DNA from: Lytechinus pictus
Lineage: Eukaryota
Length of the DNA: 64,000 bases
Assembly: GCF_037042905.1 (NCBI RefSeq)
Contig: NC_087251.1
Span: 22,074,001 to 22,138,000, forward strand
Reading direction: 5' to 3'
Position numbers and translations under genes: made by a program
The notes under the pieces: generated by a model
Database searches by the model: none
What the model was told of the DNA's origin: nothing
Seen by the model: the letters and a program-made list of their open reading frames with translations, nothing else
In this document: positions 37,101 through 59,701 of the stretch, piece after piece
How the letters are laid out: each line of letters begins with the position of its first letter
How positions within the stretch are numbered: the first letter of the stretch is position 1

Positions 37101-39542
37101 TACAATTTTTAGTGGGTTTTTCTCGCTTTTACTGCTATCTATTTGGAAAACTAAGTTCATAACTGAAATATCCATTTTGTCATCTTTCATATGAGACCTT
37201 GTGCATAAAATATGATTGACGCATGGGCGAGAAAAAGTGGCATTAAAACATGCTTGATTTCTACCTATTGGACGGATCGAGTCAATGAAATCAAGTTAAT
37301 CTTGCAAAACATGTCACCTATAAGCGGTTAACACTCTGACCCCTACTCCACTTTTATAAATGGAATTACAAAATTTTCCCTGTGAATTTTTTTCTTTGAT
37401 AGCAAACAAAGTCCCTGTTTCTTTATGTCAAAATCCAAAAGTGTTTTCAGAGGACATTTATAAAATATATATAAGAGTAGGTAAAGGGTTATTGGCAGTT
37501 CTTCTATTCAGATCATTCACTACTATGTATTGCTCTTCAACACTAACAATTCATTCATATCTATCCATAGCGATGGCACTTAAAGAATATGTGAAAATTT
37601 TAAAAGAGGAATAAACCCTGAACTTATAAGGCTGAATTCCATCAGAGAATTTTTCAGGATGGGCTAAAGCCAAAGCCTGTTCAGACTCTCTGTATACGAT
37701 TGTGCTTCATTAAAAAATTTCCTCTGAAAACACTTTTGGATTTTGAAAATTTTACAGGGAAAATGATGTATAACATCCACTTACATAAAATTGGAATAGG
37801 GGTCTTTGTGTTAACCGCTTATAGGCTACATCTTTGGTTTTGCAAAGGTTAGCTGATTTTATTGACTTGATTTCAATTGCTCTGAGAAGATATGAAGGAT
37901 TTATTAATGTTTTGATGATATAAAGTTAATAAAATCTTTTTCTTATGAGTCAAAAAAAGAAAAATGTCACAGAAAATTTGTTTTTCACTCATTTGTACAT
38001 GTTTCGATGGAAGTGATTTAAATCAATGATTTAAAGAAATGATAGTGATTTAAATCAACGTGATTTCAATCAGCTAACCCTGGAAATAAATGAAATGATT
38101 TGATTAAACAAACAATACACTTTTTGCTAAAATACATCAGTGTAATTACCCATATATGGGTAGTGCTTGCTATGCTTTCATGGAAGATTTTATTTGTAAG
38201 TCAAATTTCAAGAATTTTGATATCGGACATTCATGTATATTTGCCATTATGTTTTCATTTGTGTTATCACAATAAGATAAGAAACAAGATGTTGAGATCA
38301 TCACTATGTATCACTATTAACAATCTCAAAGTCAGGTCTGTATTTGATCTAGTTAAATTCTGGCTCCTTTCGAGATCATGAGAAAAATTATTTTCCTTCT
38401 CCTCCTCATCATCACCATTCTAATCTTCATCACTAGCATCCTTACCATTACTATTCAACATCACCATTCTCCTGAAGACCTCAAAAACATTCATGGAGTT
38501 TGGGTGGTCCTTTTATACAGGATCAAACATAATTGTATATTAAAGTGTAATATGTTACAAATTGTCCCCAAAGGTAATAGTCTCTTCGTGAATTGAATAA
38601 AAAACAAATGCAACAATCGGTAATCACATTTTTGTTGTATTGTTTCATTTGTGTTTTATTTGTTCTTAACAGGATGCTTGAAGCTAGTGCAGTCGTCCCT
38701 TCTGACACAAATTGGTATATGTACCAAACAATTAATAATGCTGTGAAGGATGTCATTGGCACTGATCCAACTCTAACATGTGTATATGATAAGGTAAATA
38801 TTTTTATTACCGGGTACCTGTTGTTTAAAATCCTCATAGTTTTCAAGCCCATAGCAAAACTTTCTTAATTCCAAACTAATTTAAAAAAAAGTAACATGTT
38901 CTGGTAGAAAAGAGGGAAACTTGAAAAGAGAGTTATGACTTCCATTCCGGGACAATGAACTCCTGATGAACTGCAGAGGGCTTCCATGTGGATTGGGCCA
39001 ATAGCATCCTGATGGATTGTACAAATCATTTTGGAAGTCTCTGTATCGTTAGGACAATATTTTCTTTTGAATTGATTCTTTTTGTATTTTATAAATGAAT
39101 ATAAAGAAGACTATAATAACATACCCTGTATTATGTACACATCCAAACAGAATTTATCAATTCAACAATGCTACATGTATGTAACAGATGTTGTAACACA
39201 AGTGTTAAATGGTTAGTATGTTGATTCATAATTGATGTAACATCAAATTTTAAAAAGTTATGTTCATCAAACTGATATCATTTTCTGTCTCTTCTAACCC
39301 TACAATGTGCTTAAAATCATTTTTGTTTTCAATATTTAAACCTCTAAATCCCTAATTCAATGACATATTTCTTTCTTTACTTGTAGAAGACGGAGCGTGT
39401 GTACTTATCACAAATTGAATTTTGTTTGGACAAAGATTTCAAGCTCATTGACTGCGTTGCACCAAACTCAGCATCAAAATCAAACCTACGGGATGAGAAC
39501 TGTGAACATGACAAGAAAATTTACTATCCTATGTTGAATTGA
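25186..39542 (+). CDS. RNASET2: Ribonuclease T2, 8 coding exons, about 299 aa
   Basis: Exons 25186-25415, 26862-26931, 27499-27566, 30569-30641, 32156-32223, 35835-35948, 38673-38793 and 39387-39542 are all GT-AG and join in frame (900 nt). They encode a signal peptide-like N-terminus, WTELVLTIQWPQSFC, CAS I WTIHGLWP, CAS II LWSHEWDKHGTC and C-terminal LSQIEFCLDKDFKLIDC...KIYYP. In-frame upstream ATGs at 25156 and 25162 are alternative starts. Confidence 0.95.
27851..28430. mobile_element. MITE with a poly-C/cccggg terminus in RNase T2 intron 3
   Basis: Inverted gataccatgcgcgacc (27872) / ggtcgcgcatggtatc (28380), with internal repeated ccctaaacaagt-like motifs. Confidence 0.65.
28716..29685 (+). 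mobile_element. Tc1/mariner-like non-autonomous element, copy 1
   Basis: TA|cagtgcgtatcaaa...tttgatacgcactg|TA. A close copy in the opposite orientation lies at 42113-43095. Confidence 0.92.
30790..31163. mobile_element. hAT-like MITE with an internal poly-A-containing minisatellite
   Basis: TIR cagtggcgtaccta / taggtacgctagtg, perfect 8-bp TSD gttacaac (30782-30789, 31164-31171). Confidence 0.9.
34751..35345. mobile_element. Kolobok/T2-like MITE with TTAA TSD
   Basis: TTAA|aggggaatccaacc...ggttggattcccct|TTAA. Confidence 0.88.
36638..36807. mobile_element. Short palindromic MITE (Harbinger-like), inserted in a Kolobok-like remnant starting near 36586
   Basis: gggtgtttcataaagctgttcgtaagttaagagc / gctcttaacttacgaacagctttatgaaacggcccc with CAG flanks. 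Same family as 46262-46434. Confidence 0.8.
36895..37870. mobile_element. Partial Tc1-like element with internal inverted arms
   Basis: ta|cagtgtgtccc terminus, and inverted cctataagcggttaacac (37317) / gtgttaaccgcttatagg (37808) with flanking arm homology. Confidence 0.55.
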
Positions 39543-41387
39543 GAGGCAAGCATTCATTGTTTTTCCATCTCATATGTGCCACATTGGAACAGACATGTTG
39601 TGAGTTTTCTTCGAGTAATTGATTCGTATTCGCAAAGATGTACTAAGTAACCATTGTTTAACGCTATCTACCGTAGTTGAAATACGGGTTGCCTGGTGTG
39701 TCCGTAGTTGCATATATGTGTGTACTGACTTTCGGTTATCTAAATGTTTTGTTTCTTGAGTAGGAAAACTCTCATAGATGATGACTCCCTCGAGGACTTA
39801 ATTCTCATGTTCTTGTGAGAAGTCGTCCTCTTTTTCTCTGTCAGTTTGCCTACCAAAGATATAAATAAATATCAAGTATTAACTGTTAAAGGGATTTATT
39901 TCATATTCAGCTTCCAATTACAAAATTGGAATGATTGGAATGATCATGATATATGATAGAATTAGAAATCCATATTCTTTGTATTTGATATTTTGATCTC
40001 ATGTCAATCATGTGAGCATGACCTTGGTCTTGTTCTCTGAAACTTACTTCTATAACAGAATTATGATTTAAAATATATTAATGAAAGCTATCAAATCATG
40101 AATTTTAATATTTGAATGAATCAGGCTGATAAGAATTATTGCACAACTTTGTATTTAATAATATTGATAATAGGCTTTTGTGAAATGGTTTCAATGATGT
40201 AAGGTTTGATGTGATGATCAAACTTTCTTTTCCTAATGTTTGGTGTACATGCACAGGTATGTATGTGCAGGAGGAAATACAATGACTCCAGTTATATAAG
40301 CTATAACAAAGCTAAGTCATCATCATGTAGCAATTTATTAGTATTTCCTTGTTCTTCATTAAAAAAACTTGGTGATGGTATCTTATATTTATTTTCCATG
40401 TCTAAAAGTATTTAATCCTCAAGTTTCTTGTCCTGTAACGCTTTCTTATGCAGTGCATCATATTTGAGAAATGAATATCTTTTGTTGTTGATCAACCTAA
40501 GAAAATCATGTTAAGATCTTTTATATTTTGTGTGTTTCAAAAGAATACATTATGAATTTCGCTCTACAGTAATTGACATTTAAAGACGTATAAGTTTTTC
40601 TGTACATTTATTATTCTTGCTCCTTAAAATATTTTATCATAGGAGTGTAATGTTGTGTATTCTGTTCAGATGAAGTAACCAGGGTTGTGTTTGTAGAGTG
40701 GTTCTTGCCTAGAGAGATTTTGAAATTTGAAATTTTGCTGTAAATGCTACTTTTGTAGATATTTTTCACTATTTTTCACAGAGGTACACAAAAAGTGATA
40801 ATCCCACCAAAAGAACCACATCCAATGATGGGTAACCTTTGCGTACCCAAAATGGTTGTTCTTTGCTTTTTTTTTTGCTTCAGTAGCATACCCCATAGGA
40901 CACCCCCCCCCCCTCCCTGGAAGTAATCATACAGTATATGAAAATAACTGGCCTGTAGAAGACAAACTAGGTTATATTTTCTCACATTATCAATAATCAA
41001 TAATTAATTTTTTTAGAGCTATGTGAATGATTGGACATATACACTGTTTATGTGCAATTAGTACTTTCTCATTATGCACAACGGTGTGACCGATTCCATT
41101 AATTTGAGGTGTTAGATATTTCATCATGTATTTAATTTTTGTTTCTTTGTTGTAGGTTTGAAGAAATTTCTGATTTGTACATATTTATGTAAATTGTGAT
41201 TTAAAGAGACTCTAAGCAAGTTTAAGTAGAGTGAAGGATGATGATCAAGAATAAGTGGTAGTAAGAGAGGAAGAGAGAGAGGAGACAAAGCTGGATTGTG
41301 GTGATGTGCTGATGAGGGTATTTGATAATCTACTGTGTACTGCAATTATAAATCTAAATGAGTTTTTGTCTATAAAATCTATATTCA

Positions 41388-41546
41388 GGGGAGCGTTTCA
41401 TGAAAGGACTTGTCGGACGTTTTATCCGACAAGTCCCATTTTATCCGACAGTTACCATAGTAACAGTACCTCTCAGCCAATCAACATCAGAGAAAGATGT
41501 CAGATCTGACAACCTGTCGGATGAAAATGTTGATGAAACACTCCCC
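41388..41546. mobile_element. Short palindromic MITE (Harbinger-like)
   Basis: ggggagcgtttcatgaa / ttgatgaaacactcccc, with internal tgtcgga/tccgaca repeats. Confidence 0.75.
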
Positions 41547-42112
41547 TGATCTTGCACATGGATGAAACTATATTTTGAGTAATACATGTAAATGCCATTT
41601 TTAACTTTTTTTTTAAATGTGAATTTATTGTGAACTAATGTTTAATCAAATTCTATGCAAGTATCGTAATTTGTAAAAATTCATACTTCAAACTTGCCAG
41701 CATTATTGACAAAAAAAGAGATTATATGATGATTATCATAAAAAGAAGAGTAATTCTTATTTACATGAATGTTAGGATTAGAGTGTTTGTCAAGAAGCAG
41801 AGGAAAGACGAGGTTAGCAAGTACATGTAGATTCAAAGAAATCATGTTATATGAATTCATACAATAGAAATTAACACTTTTTAGCTCATTTTTTAGCACC
41901 TTTTTAGCTCAGTAAAGTGTATTTGGTTTATGAATCTGCACACTCTACACTTTAACAGTACATGTATATTAATGATAGTGTGTTCCTTACACCTTAGCAC
42001 TATATCTTTATGCTTTCACTTTTACCGTTTTTTTTTTTTTTAGTATTATAGCTTAATGGCTTTAGTTTTAATTGTGTAATGTCACTTACAAATTGCTCTT
42101 CCACTTACTATA

Positions 42113-43095
42113 CAGTGCGTATCAAAAAAAGTTTACACTTAGAAAAAATCCTGTAAAATTATACATTTGTAATCTCCTGAAGATTTTTCCACATTTTAGC
42201 ATTGGTACAGATCCATTTAAGCAATTGACGATATAACTGTTGAAAAATATTTCCGCTTGAGTGAGCACCACTTACTTTGGAAAAGTTAGTGAAAAATGAT
42301 TTGCGCAGAACTTTGAAATAGTTATGCGAATAAAAGTAGACCTTACTCATGAAGAACACATGGAATTTCACTAGTAAAATTGATTTGAAGAAATCTTTAA
42401 CCTTTTTTAACTTGTTTCCTTGCCCAAAACACTTCAAAGAGTGCATTGCACCCCACCCCACTCCCCCACACACCGAGGCCATCGTGACGATGTTTGCTTT
42501 ACACTGAGCTGTGATTTACATGAAATGGCTTAGGCTTGATTTTCATTTTGATAATCATTGTCAAGCTTGGGAAAAATGTGGAGAAACAAGTATTAAATGA
42601 AAAATGAAATGTAAACCCACTTTAAATGATAAAAACTTAATGAAAAAATTCTGGAGATGTCTGATATAAAGTTTTGTTCAGATTCAGTTATGTACTCAGA
42701 TCCAGCTAGCACAAATAGGTAAAGGTTGTGCTTACTAAGTGTTCAAATTTCAATTTGGGTGGCAAAATTGTTACAAAATGCTTGAATGTATCCGTTTTAT
42801 TTCAATTAACTAAAAGTGCATGGGAGATGTATGAGAAATGTTTTTCAGGGTAAATTTGTTTTCGCCCTTTCCCCTTGACACAGCGTGAAAACAAGCATTT
42901 TTGCGCAAACAGATTTCTGCAAGCTTTACAAAAATAGACAGTGCTCACTCGTGTGTAACATTCTGTCAAAACTTTTACTTTCATTGGATAGATGAGACCC
43001 AAACCCAAAAATATATGTGGAAAAATTACCCACATGTATATTTTCTAAATTCCCAGGGCTTTTTCAAAGTGTAACCTTTTTTTTGATACGCACTG
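42113..43095 (-). mobile_element. Tc1/mariner-like non-autonomous element, copy 2 (inverted relative to copy 1)
   Basis: Same TIRs and TA flanks as copy 1. Both copies give the same spurious ORF MASVCGGVGWGAMHSLKCFGQG. Confidence 0.92.
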
Positions 43096-44229
43096 TATAT
43101 CATGAATTTAATAAATTGCCATTTTGTATTGATCATGATGAATGAATAGATTTCAACTCTGTGAAATAATGTGTCTGACTTTTATATTTAATATACAAAT
43201 TATAATTGTTTGTGCCTTCAAGATCAAAGTCTGTGAAAGTTATACCCAGTCTTAAGTGACCCGACTGTATTAAAAGAGTTGAAAATCATATTTCATTTTT
43301 AAAGCATTACAGTATATTGAGGTAGTATTACAATAAGGTATAATTTGTCAACATTGGGTGATATATCTTGAATCTTATTCTTTAATTAAACAAGGATGTA
43401 TCCTCCTTGGCATTCATCAACAATTGATAATATTATTTTTCATGTAAAGAAAGGATGATTACAAAAAGTGATTACATCAGCATGACAGTTCATCATAGGG
43501 ATGTTGGTTACAAGACCACCAGGTTGGGGGGAAGAGGGTAACATGATGGTGCTTTTAATTAATTTAATGTTTTTTATATTTTTTGTTGAGTTTGCCATGA
43601 GAGTTATTTTTAATGAAACAATTGACTGTTTTTTGTTGTTGTTACAGGTCGGGGGGGGGGGGGCAGGGGGCATGGGTGTTACATAAAGAGATAAAAATTT
43701 ACATAAATAGTTCAATATGTTACAGGGCCAATCTGTGATTATTATACTCTCAAACAAATCTCCATGATAATTGGCCAATCAGGAATATTAATCCATTCTG
43801 TGGTTGAAATCTGATGGCTTTATAGCCGAATATAACCAGGGTTATTCTGTGATAATCAGTTGGATTAAACTGCTTGCTATATGGCAGAGGCAGGTCATGG
43901 ATTACTGAGTGAGAAAGTATTGGGAAAGAAACAAATAATTTGCCATATCTTTCACAGCCATGTAATCATATTGTACGTATGGTACTCCTACACTTATGTG
44001 TGAGGGAAAACAATCAACCAGTTCACTACAAACAGTAAACCTTGAGACCGTTTGCTCCCTTATCATGTGATATTAAAAGCTTCTACTTCCTTATATTTTA
44101 GTACATCGACCTCATTAGTAAAAAGATAAACAGAACTTTTGGTTGTTAGATAAATGTGGAACAAAGGTGACTGGCAAATATTTATTGATATGCAGCAAAT
44201 GACTATTATCATATTTTGCCATGGGTCAC

Positions 44230-44720
44230 ATAATAATAATATGATAAATTTTTGTATAGCGCAGTCACAGTCACTATATTGATATACTCTACTGTGCTTT
44301 TGTTTTATCTTATACTACACAATAAAATGATGATCTACTTAAACGCTTCCCTTAACAGATGTGTCTTCAATAATGTTTCGGTACAGATACAGATTGGGCT
44401 ATTCTAATTATTGGGCCATTCTAAATGTAAGGGGAAGTTGGTTCCATATTTTGGAGCTGCATATCTAAATGCAGTCTTCAAGAGTTGCCTTTGTTTAAGA
44501 GTGGCATTTTCAAAAGGAATCTATCCTTAGCATTTCGCAGGTTGTGTGAGATTGATTGCATTTTGAAAGAAAGCAATGCTGAAAGATAACTAGGGGCTTG
44601 GTCATTGAATGCTTTAATCACCAGCAAAAGTATCTTGAAATATATTCTATATTTAACAGGTAACCAATGCACATCTTTCAGAATAGGTTTGATATGTGAT
44701 ACTCATGCACTGTATACATC
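44230..44720 (-). mobile_element. L2-group LINE 3' fragment
   Basis: HWLPVKYRIYFKILLLVIKAFNDQAPSYLSALL, then frameshifted AFRYAAPKIWNQLP, with 3' end gcgctatacaaa...(tat)n. Confidence 0.8.
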
Positions 44721-45963
44721 AATGCATGGGTGGGATGTTCCACAATTTTGAGCTCTTTTGATCACGACATAGTAGAAATTTACTTGTATAATCAACAGCC
44801 TATAATTTTGTAAGACAGTTGAGTCACATGCCTAGTCTGTAAATGTAAGCTAATGAGTGTCCAGTGAACAGGTATGTAGTAAAACGCATAATTCAAAACC
44901 ATTGCATCAACCGATTGAGCATGGCATTCCTGTACAAGAATTCCATCTCAAAGTTTTGATGGGATTCCAAAAGCAATTGGTTGCAGTTTCTCATTTTTAT
45001 CAGATGGGTAGCAAGACAAGAGGTTTGAATAAATCATTATCTTGAAAATTTCCCCTTTCAAATGCTTTGACTCGATTCTAGTTCAGTTTTAATGGGACTT
45101 TAAAACAATTGGTTGTAGTTTCTTAAATGACAGGAGGCAAAACCAGGATGCTATTTCCTCATAAGATGAATACAAGTAGTTAACAACAAATTTATAACAA
45201 AATATTTGCATTGTATTTGATGTTTAACAAGAATAGAAAGAAACTTTGCAGCAACCTAGTTTTGCTTGTGTGGCTTATTACTGGTTAAAAAGAAACTAAA
45301 AATTTGTTTTTTGAGGGCCTATCAAAACTGGGATCGTGCTTTAAATATTGTGAAATGGGATCTTGTACATACCCCACGCAAAGAGTTATTTAAGCTGTCA
45401 AAGTAGGTATCTGTACAAGTAGTTTTACTGTTTATGTACACAAAAGATTTCATGACTGAAAGTTTTTTTTACTCATGTGAAATGTGCTATCAGCAGGAAC
45501 ATCCATGAAATGTCTGGTAAAGGATTATCTCACTTGTGTTGTAGCCATTAGTAAACCTGCAAAGCACTTTTGAGAATGTAAACAACAGTAATGTTTGTGC
45601 AGTGTTTGTTACATTAATGATTTATGACCATACCATAGTACATAAATTGTAGTGAATTTTACATCACAAGGCTTGTTTTGAACATATTTTTTTGAAAAAA
45701 ATTGCTCTAATATGGTTTTGTCATGGATGTTTAAAAGTGCCACCAGAACGTACAGATAACCTTCTTGTCATGTCAACATCCTGTGGAATTGATGAGATAT
45801 CAACATCCTTTAGAAGAGATGATGGGATGACCGATCCTCACGCAACCGATTGTCCTACACCATGTGTGCACAAGCAACACTACAACAAGTGGAATCGTCT
45901 TTTGAGATCCTATCATTTCTTCTCAAGGAAGTCAACATGATGAGATCTAAGATTACGTCATCT

Positions 45964-46224
45964 GGGCACCGTCTTACAAAGAGTTACACTTGATTGGATC
46001 AATCATAACTCTATGGAAATCCATCGTCATAATTTCTTTTATAGAAATTTGCACAATGTCCCTTGTAAACAAAGAGAAACAGTGAATTTTCAAGAAAATA
46101 ATGAATGCATGAATATTCATCATAGAAAATATTTTGAACAAACATACATAAAAAATGTTAACATTGCTGGCTGTCCATAGCTGTGATTGATCGGATCAAT
46201 CGTAACTCTTTGAAAGACGGGGGC
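45964..46224. mobile_element. Palindromic MITE (Harbinger-like)
   Basis: gggcaccgtcttacaaagagttac / gtaactctttgaaagacggggcc. Confidence 0.75.
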
Positions 46225-46261
46225 CAGATCTCTGCTAAGGGATGTCAACATGTTGAGATCT

Positions 46262-46434
46262 GTGGGTGTTTCATAAAGCTGTTTGTAAGTAAAGAGCAAC
46301 TTTAAGAACGACTGGTGATCCTTTCTTGTGGTAAATGGTATTGAATTGGCGATTGTTTAGCGCGAATAAGAAGGGTTCACCAGTCGTTCTTAAAGTCGCT
46401 CTTAACTTATGTACAGGTTTATGAAACAGCCCCC
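46262..46434. mobile_element. Short palindromic MITE, same family as 36638-36807
   Basis: gtgggtgtttcataaagctgtt / ggtttatgaaacagcccc. Confidence 0.8.
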
Positions 46435-48319
46435 TGGGATCTCATCATCTGATCACCTCCTCTAAGGATTTAGATGTGAGATCCAGGATCAGATCATTTC
46501 TGCTTAGGGATGGGATGTCACTATGATATCTTAGATCCTGCCATTTGATTATCTCTTCTATAAGATGAAGACATGACAAGATCCAGAATATCACCATCTG
46601 ATCATCTCTTCCAATGGATGTCTTCATGATGAGATCAAAGAAATTGTGCTTTGAATTTTTTTCTTCATAAAATCTCAATTTCCTGAGATTATCTTAACAA
46701 TTGGGTGGCATTTTTAAGCTTCCATACACCTTTTGGAGTATTGTAAATTGCTCTATTGAAGAAGACAATTAAAATAACTTAAGTAGCACCTTTCGCCAGA
46801 GGATACAAAACGCATGTATTATTATCTCAGCTTGTTATCTGTGTTTTATAAATTAACATGTCAATTCATTCATGGTTGGTGTGTATGCATCTTTTTGGAA
46901 ATTTTATATGTATATGTATGGTTGTATTCATAAAGGCTATATTATTTTGAATATTTTCTCACAGATTATTGGTTTCTTTTCTATGAGTCAATTTAAATGG
47001 TGCAATGTGTATATGGATGACAATTTGGTGTTAATGGGCTGATATAACTTAGTTGATGGTTATTTGTAAATCTTAATATGTGGCAATTTTATATGATGCA
47101 CATGGATATATTAAATTGATGGTGCAGTATTAATATAACCGGTAATCATGAATGACTAACTATGAATAAAGGGTGATAAAAAATACACATATGATATGTA
47201 GATTGCTTTTGTGTTTTTATTAAGTCTTGGTTGTACATAAATTTTTACTCTCACGTGGAAACTGGCATCCGAACATTCTTAAAGAAAATACTCATATAAT
47301 TCATCACTCTAATGAAGCTGAAAGCTTGCATCATAACTACCTGTCATAGCTACAAGTCACATATGCAAACCGAGTTCCAAGTATCGACGTCCATTCAATT
47401 ATGGCAATGACAATGACAGTGTAAAACATTGTAATTGGTCTTATCATAATGAAAATAGACAAAATTACAAAACCAAAACCAATCATGCCAGGGGGCCGTT
47501 TTCTAAAGCTGGTCATTTTTAATGACTTAACACATGACATGTGACCTTTTCTTGTGCTTTGTGATACACATATATCCCTATATATCTGTCTTAGCACTAA
47601 GAACATAAAGCATGCATGAAGTTGTGTGTTACCTATGAACAAAAATATGAAACACCACACAGGATCTACATAACACCCGCTCCACTTTAAGTCATGTGAT
47701 AATTTGTTAATTATATCCCAATATCAATACTTTGACCAAACATGTTTTCCTTATGTGAATATATTATTCAATATAAAATTCCATATTAATGTAAATTGGA
47801 TAAACAAGATCGTATTTCAATAATTTGGAAGATGTAGCCTGGACCCTGTCTATTAAAGAACTGTCATTGACTCAGATTAATTGCATCTTGAGATTAATCT
47901 TTGTATTCTATCATTTACCGATTAATATATTTTTTGGGGTGACCCAACTTAACAAGCATACTGCTTTCATGGGCATCCAATTTTCCTGATATATATATAC
48001 ATATAATGAACTGTTGTGTATTTTTTAAAAGTATGTATATGATACGTCATATGTATAATGTCTCATTTTTATACTTTGTAATGTTTGTTTGTATATTCTT
48101 GACTTTGTATATTTTTAATGGAAAATAAATGAAATCAATCAATCAATCTCAATTGTGTACATGTACTTGTTTTGAGATTGTTTGAGATCAATCTTGACAT
48201 TGCAATTGATCTGGATCAATCACAGTTCTTTATAGTACAAAAGTCCATGATTCATTCTACCTTGTATGTAGAAATAAAAATATTTTCAAGTACAGTAGAA
48301 AAAACACACTTCATTTCTA

Positions 48320-48450
48320 GGGCCCGTTTCATAAAGAGTTACAACTGATGTAACTTTGCCATTATGACAACTACCATGGTAACCTTGAATTTGATTGGCT
48401 GCTGAGCCCTGTTGCCATAGTAGTTGCAAGTCCTTTATGAAACGGGCCCC
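48320..48450. mobile_element. Short palindromic MITE (Harbinger-like)
   Basis: gggcccgtttcataaag / ctttatgaaacgggccc. Confidence 0.8.
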
Positions 48451-49130
48451 TGCACGGAATAACAAATACATTTCCTTACAACAAAACTAACAGCAAAGTT
48501 GATTTATGACAGTGACACAAAAATGTTTATATCCTGGTGTGCCTATCCAAACAGCCCAAGGAATCTATTTGAGGTTCCATGAAATGATTGTCCAATCAGA
48601 GATGTTTACCCTGGACACCATTCTGATAAATATATAGGAAGGGAGATAACATATCAGTGTCAATAGATGAATGGCACAGCTGTATACAAGACTAGTATTT
48701 TTGTAGTCACTTCCCTAATCAGAGAAGCTAAATCCAACCCTAAAAATTACATTAGAACGTAACAACAGCACAAAATAGGGTGACATGACATTTGCTCCTG
48801 CGACATTTTCTCTGGTCTTACTTTCTCAGACTGCATGGGGTTAGTGTTAGGATTGTAATAGAGTTTTTGATTCAGAATAATGTAAAGATAAGGATTAGGG
48901 TTTATTTGAATTTGAAAATTAGATTTTATGTTTGGTTTAACATGCAGACTTTCCATCGGAGCGATGGTCACTGGAGAAAATGTCTTGGAACCCCCAAAAG
49001 ACACTATTTTGCCTTTGAACACAATTCATTAATGGAATAAGTTAACATGCCTGGGTACCCCCCCCCCCCCATCTCCCACTCCCCTCAATCACCCCTTCCT
49101 CATCTAACTAATAAATTCTGGACATCAATC

Positions 49131-58654
<9,524 letters not shown>

Positions 58655-59701
58655 CTAGAAGAAGAAAGTACAAAGATTTCAAGCATTAAATTTTGTTTTT
58701 CTGTTTAATCTCTCAGGTTATTTTCCTTGAAATAGGTCACTGGTCCATTTTTGTGTGTGAAAAACATTGAAACACCACTCCTGCTTGTGGATTTATTTAT
58801 GTTCTATCATTTCAATTTCAACTTTTTCGCTCATGACGGTCTCATCAAAATGTTGAAGAAATTAAGACATTAATCAAAAGAAATAAAACTTTGAAACATA
58901 TCTCTGCCGCGCTTGTTTGCCTCCGCCGTTCATTTATACCTTCTACGCCGATGGTGGTGGATTTCTTTCACTTTCATCTATATTTATCTCATACGTCACC
59001 TTTCCCCCCAAAATGAAATAATACGTAAGAAATATAACATTGAAACTCATTCATGTGCTTATTATTTCACATTCTGCACCGATTGTTGAAAATTTGTCCC
59101 GCCAAGTTTTTTGTCAGACTTTTGTTTCGCTGGGATTTCTGGCATTCGTTTCACATAATTTTTTTTAGCAGACTTTTTTATCCTCAAATATCCTCTTTTT
59201 TTAAAAGATGATTCGCAAAATCGGGGGTGAAGCCTATACACCGCCGCAGCCTTTACGCTGGCAAATACGGTAGACCCTACCCAAATAACATGCTCCCTAC
59301 TACAGAGAATTTCTGTCTTAATCAGTCTAAACTACACTTAATTATTATGTGTCTAGGCACAAGGCTAGATTTTCTGTTTCTTCTTTTTCTAATTATGCTT
59401 GGAACTATGTACAGGTTTAAACAAAATAGATACAAATGTTGAAGTGTTTTTCTTTCTAATTTAAATTATTGAGATTCTACCAGTCTATGTTCTGTCACTT
59501 AGGTGCTCTATACTACAGAGACTTGGCACTGCCAAGGTGGTTACGAGTGAAAAGTGGGCAACAAGTGACTAGGAGTTTCATATATTTTCCATCAAAATGG
59601 TTGACATTTAATAGTTAAAAAGAAAACCAAATAGCTCTTCCTTATAAATTTTGGTTACCTCATATCTTAAATATGGGCTAAAGCTGATCTAAGACTAAGC
59701 C

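Noticed and set aside
39778..39830. SECIS element after the RNase T2 TGA stop
   Set aside because: The hairpin has ATGA on the 5' side but lacks the 3' GA of the non-Watson-Crick quartet, and the protein ends at the normal family position.
29318..42482. Duplicated ORF MASVCGGVGWGAMHSLKCFG suggesting a small gene family
   Set aside because: Both copies lie inside the same non-autonomous Tc1-like element and show no transposase or other domain motif.
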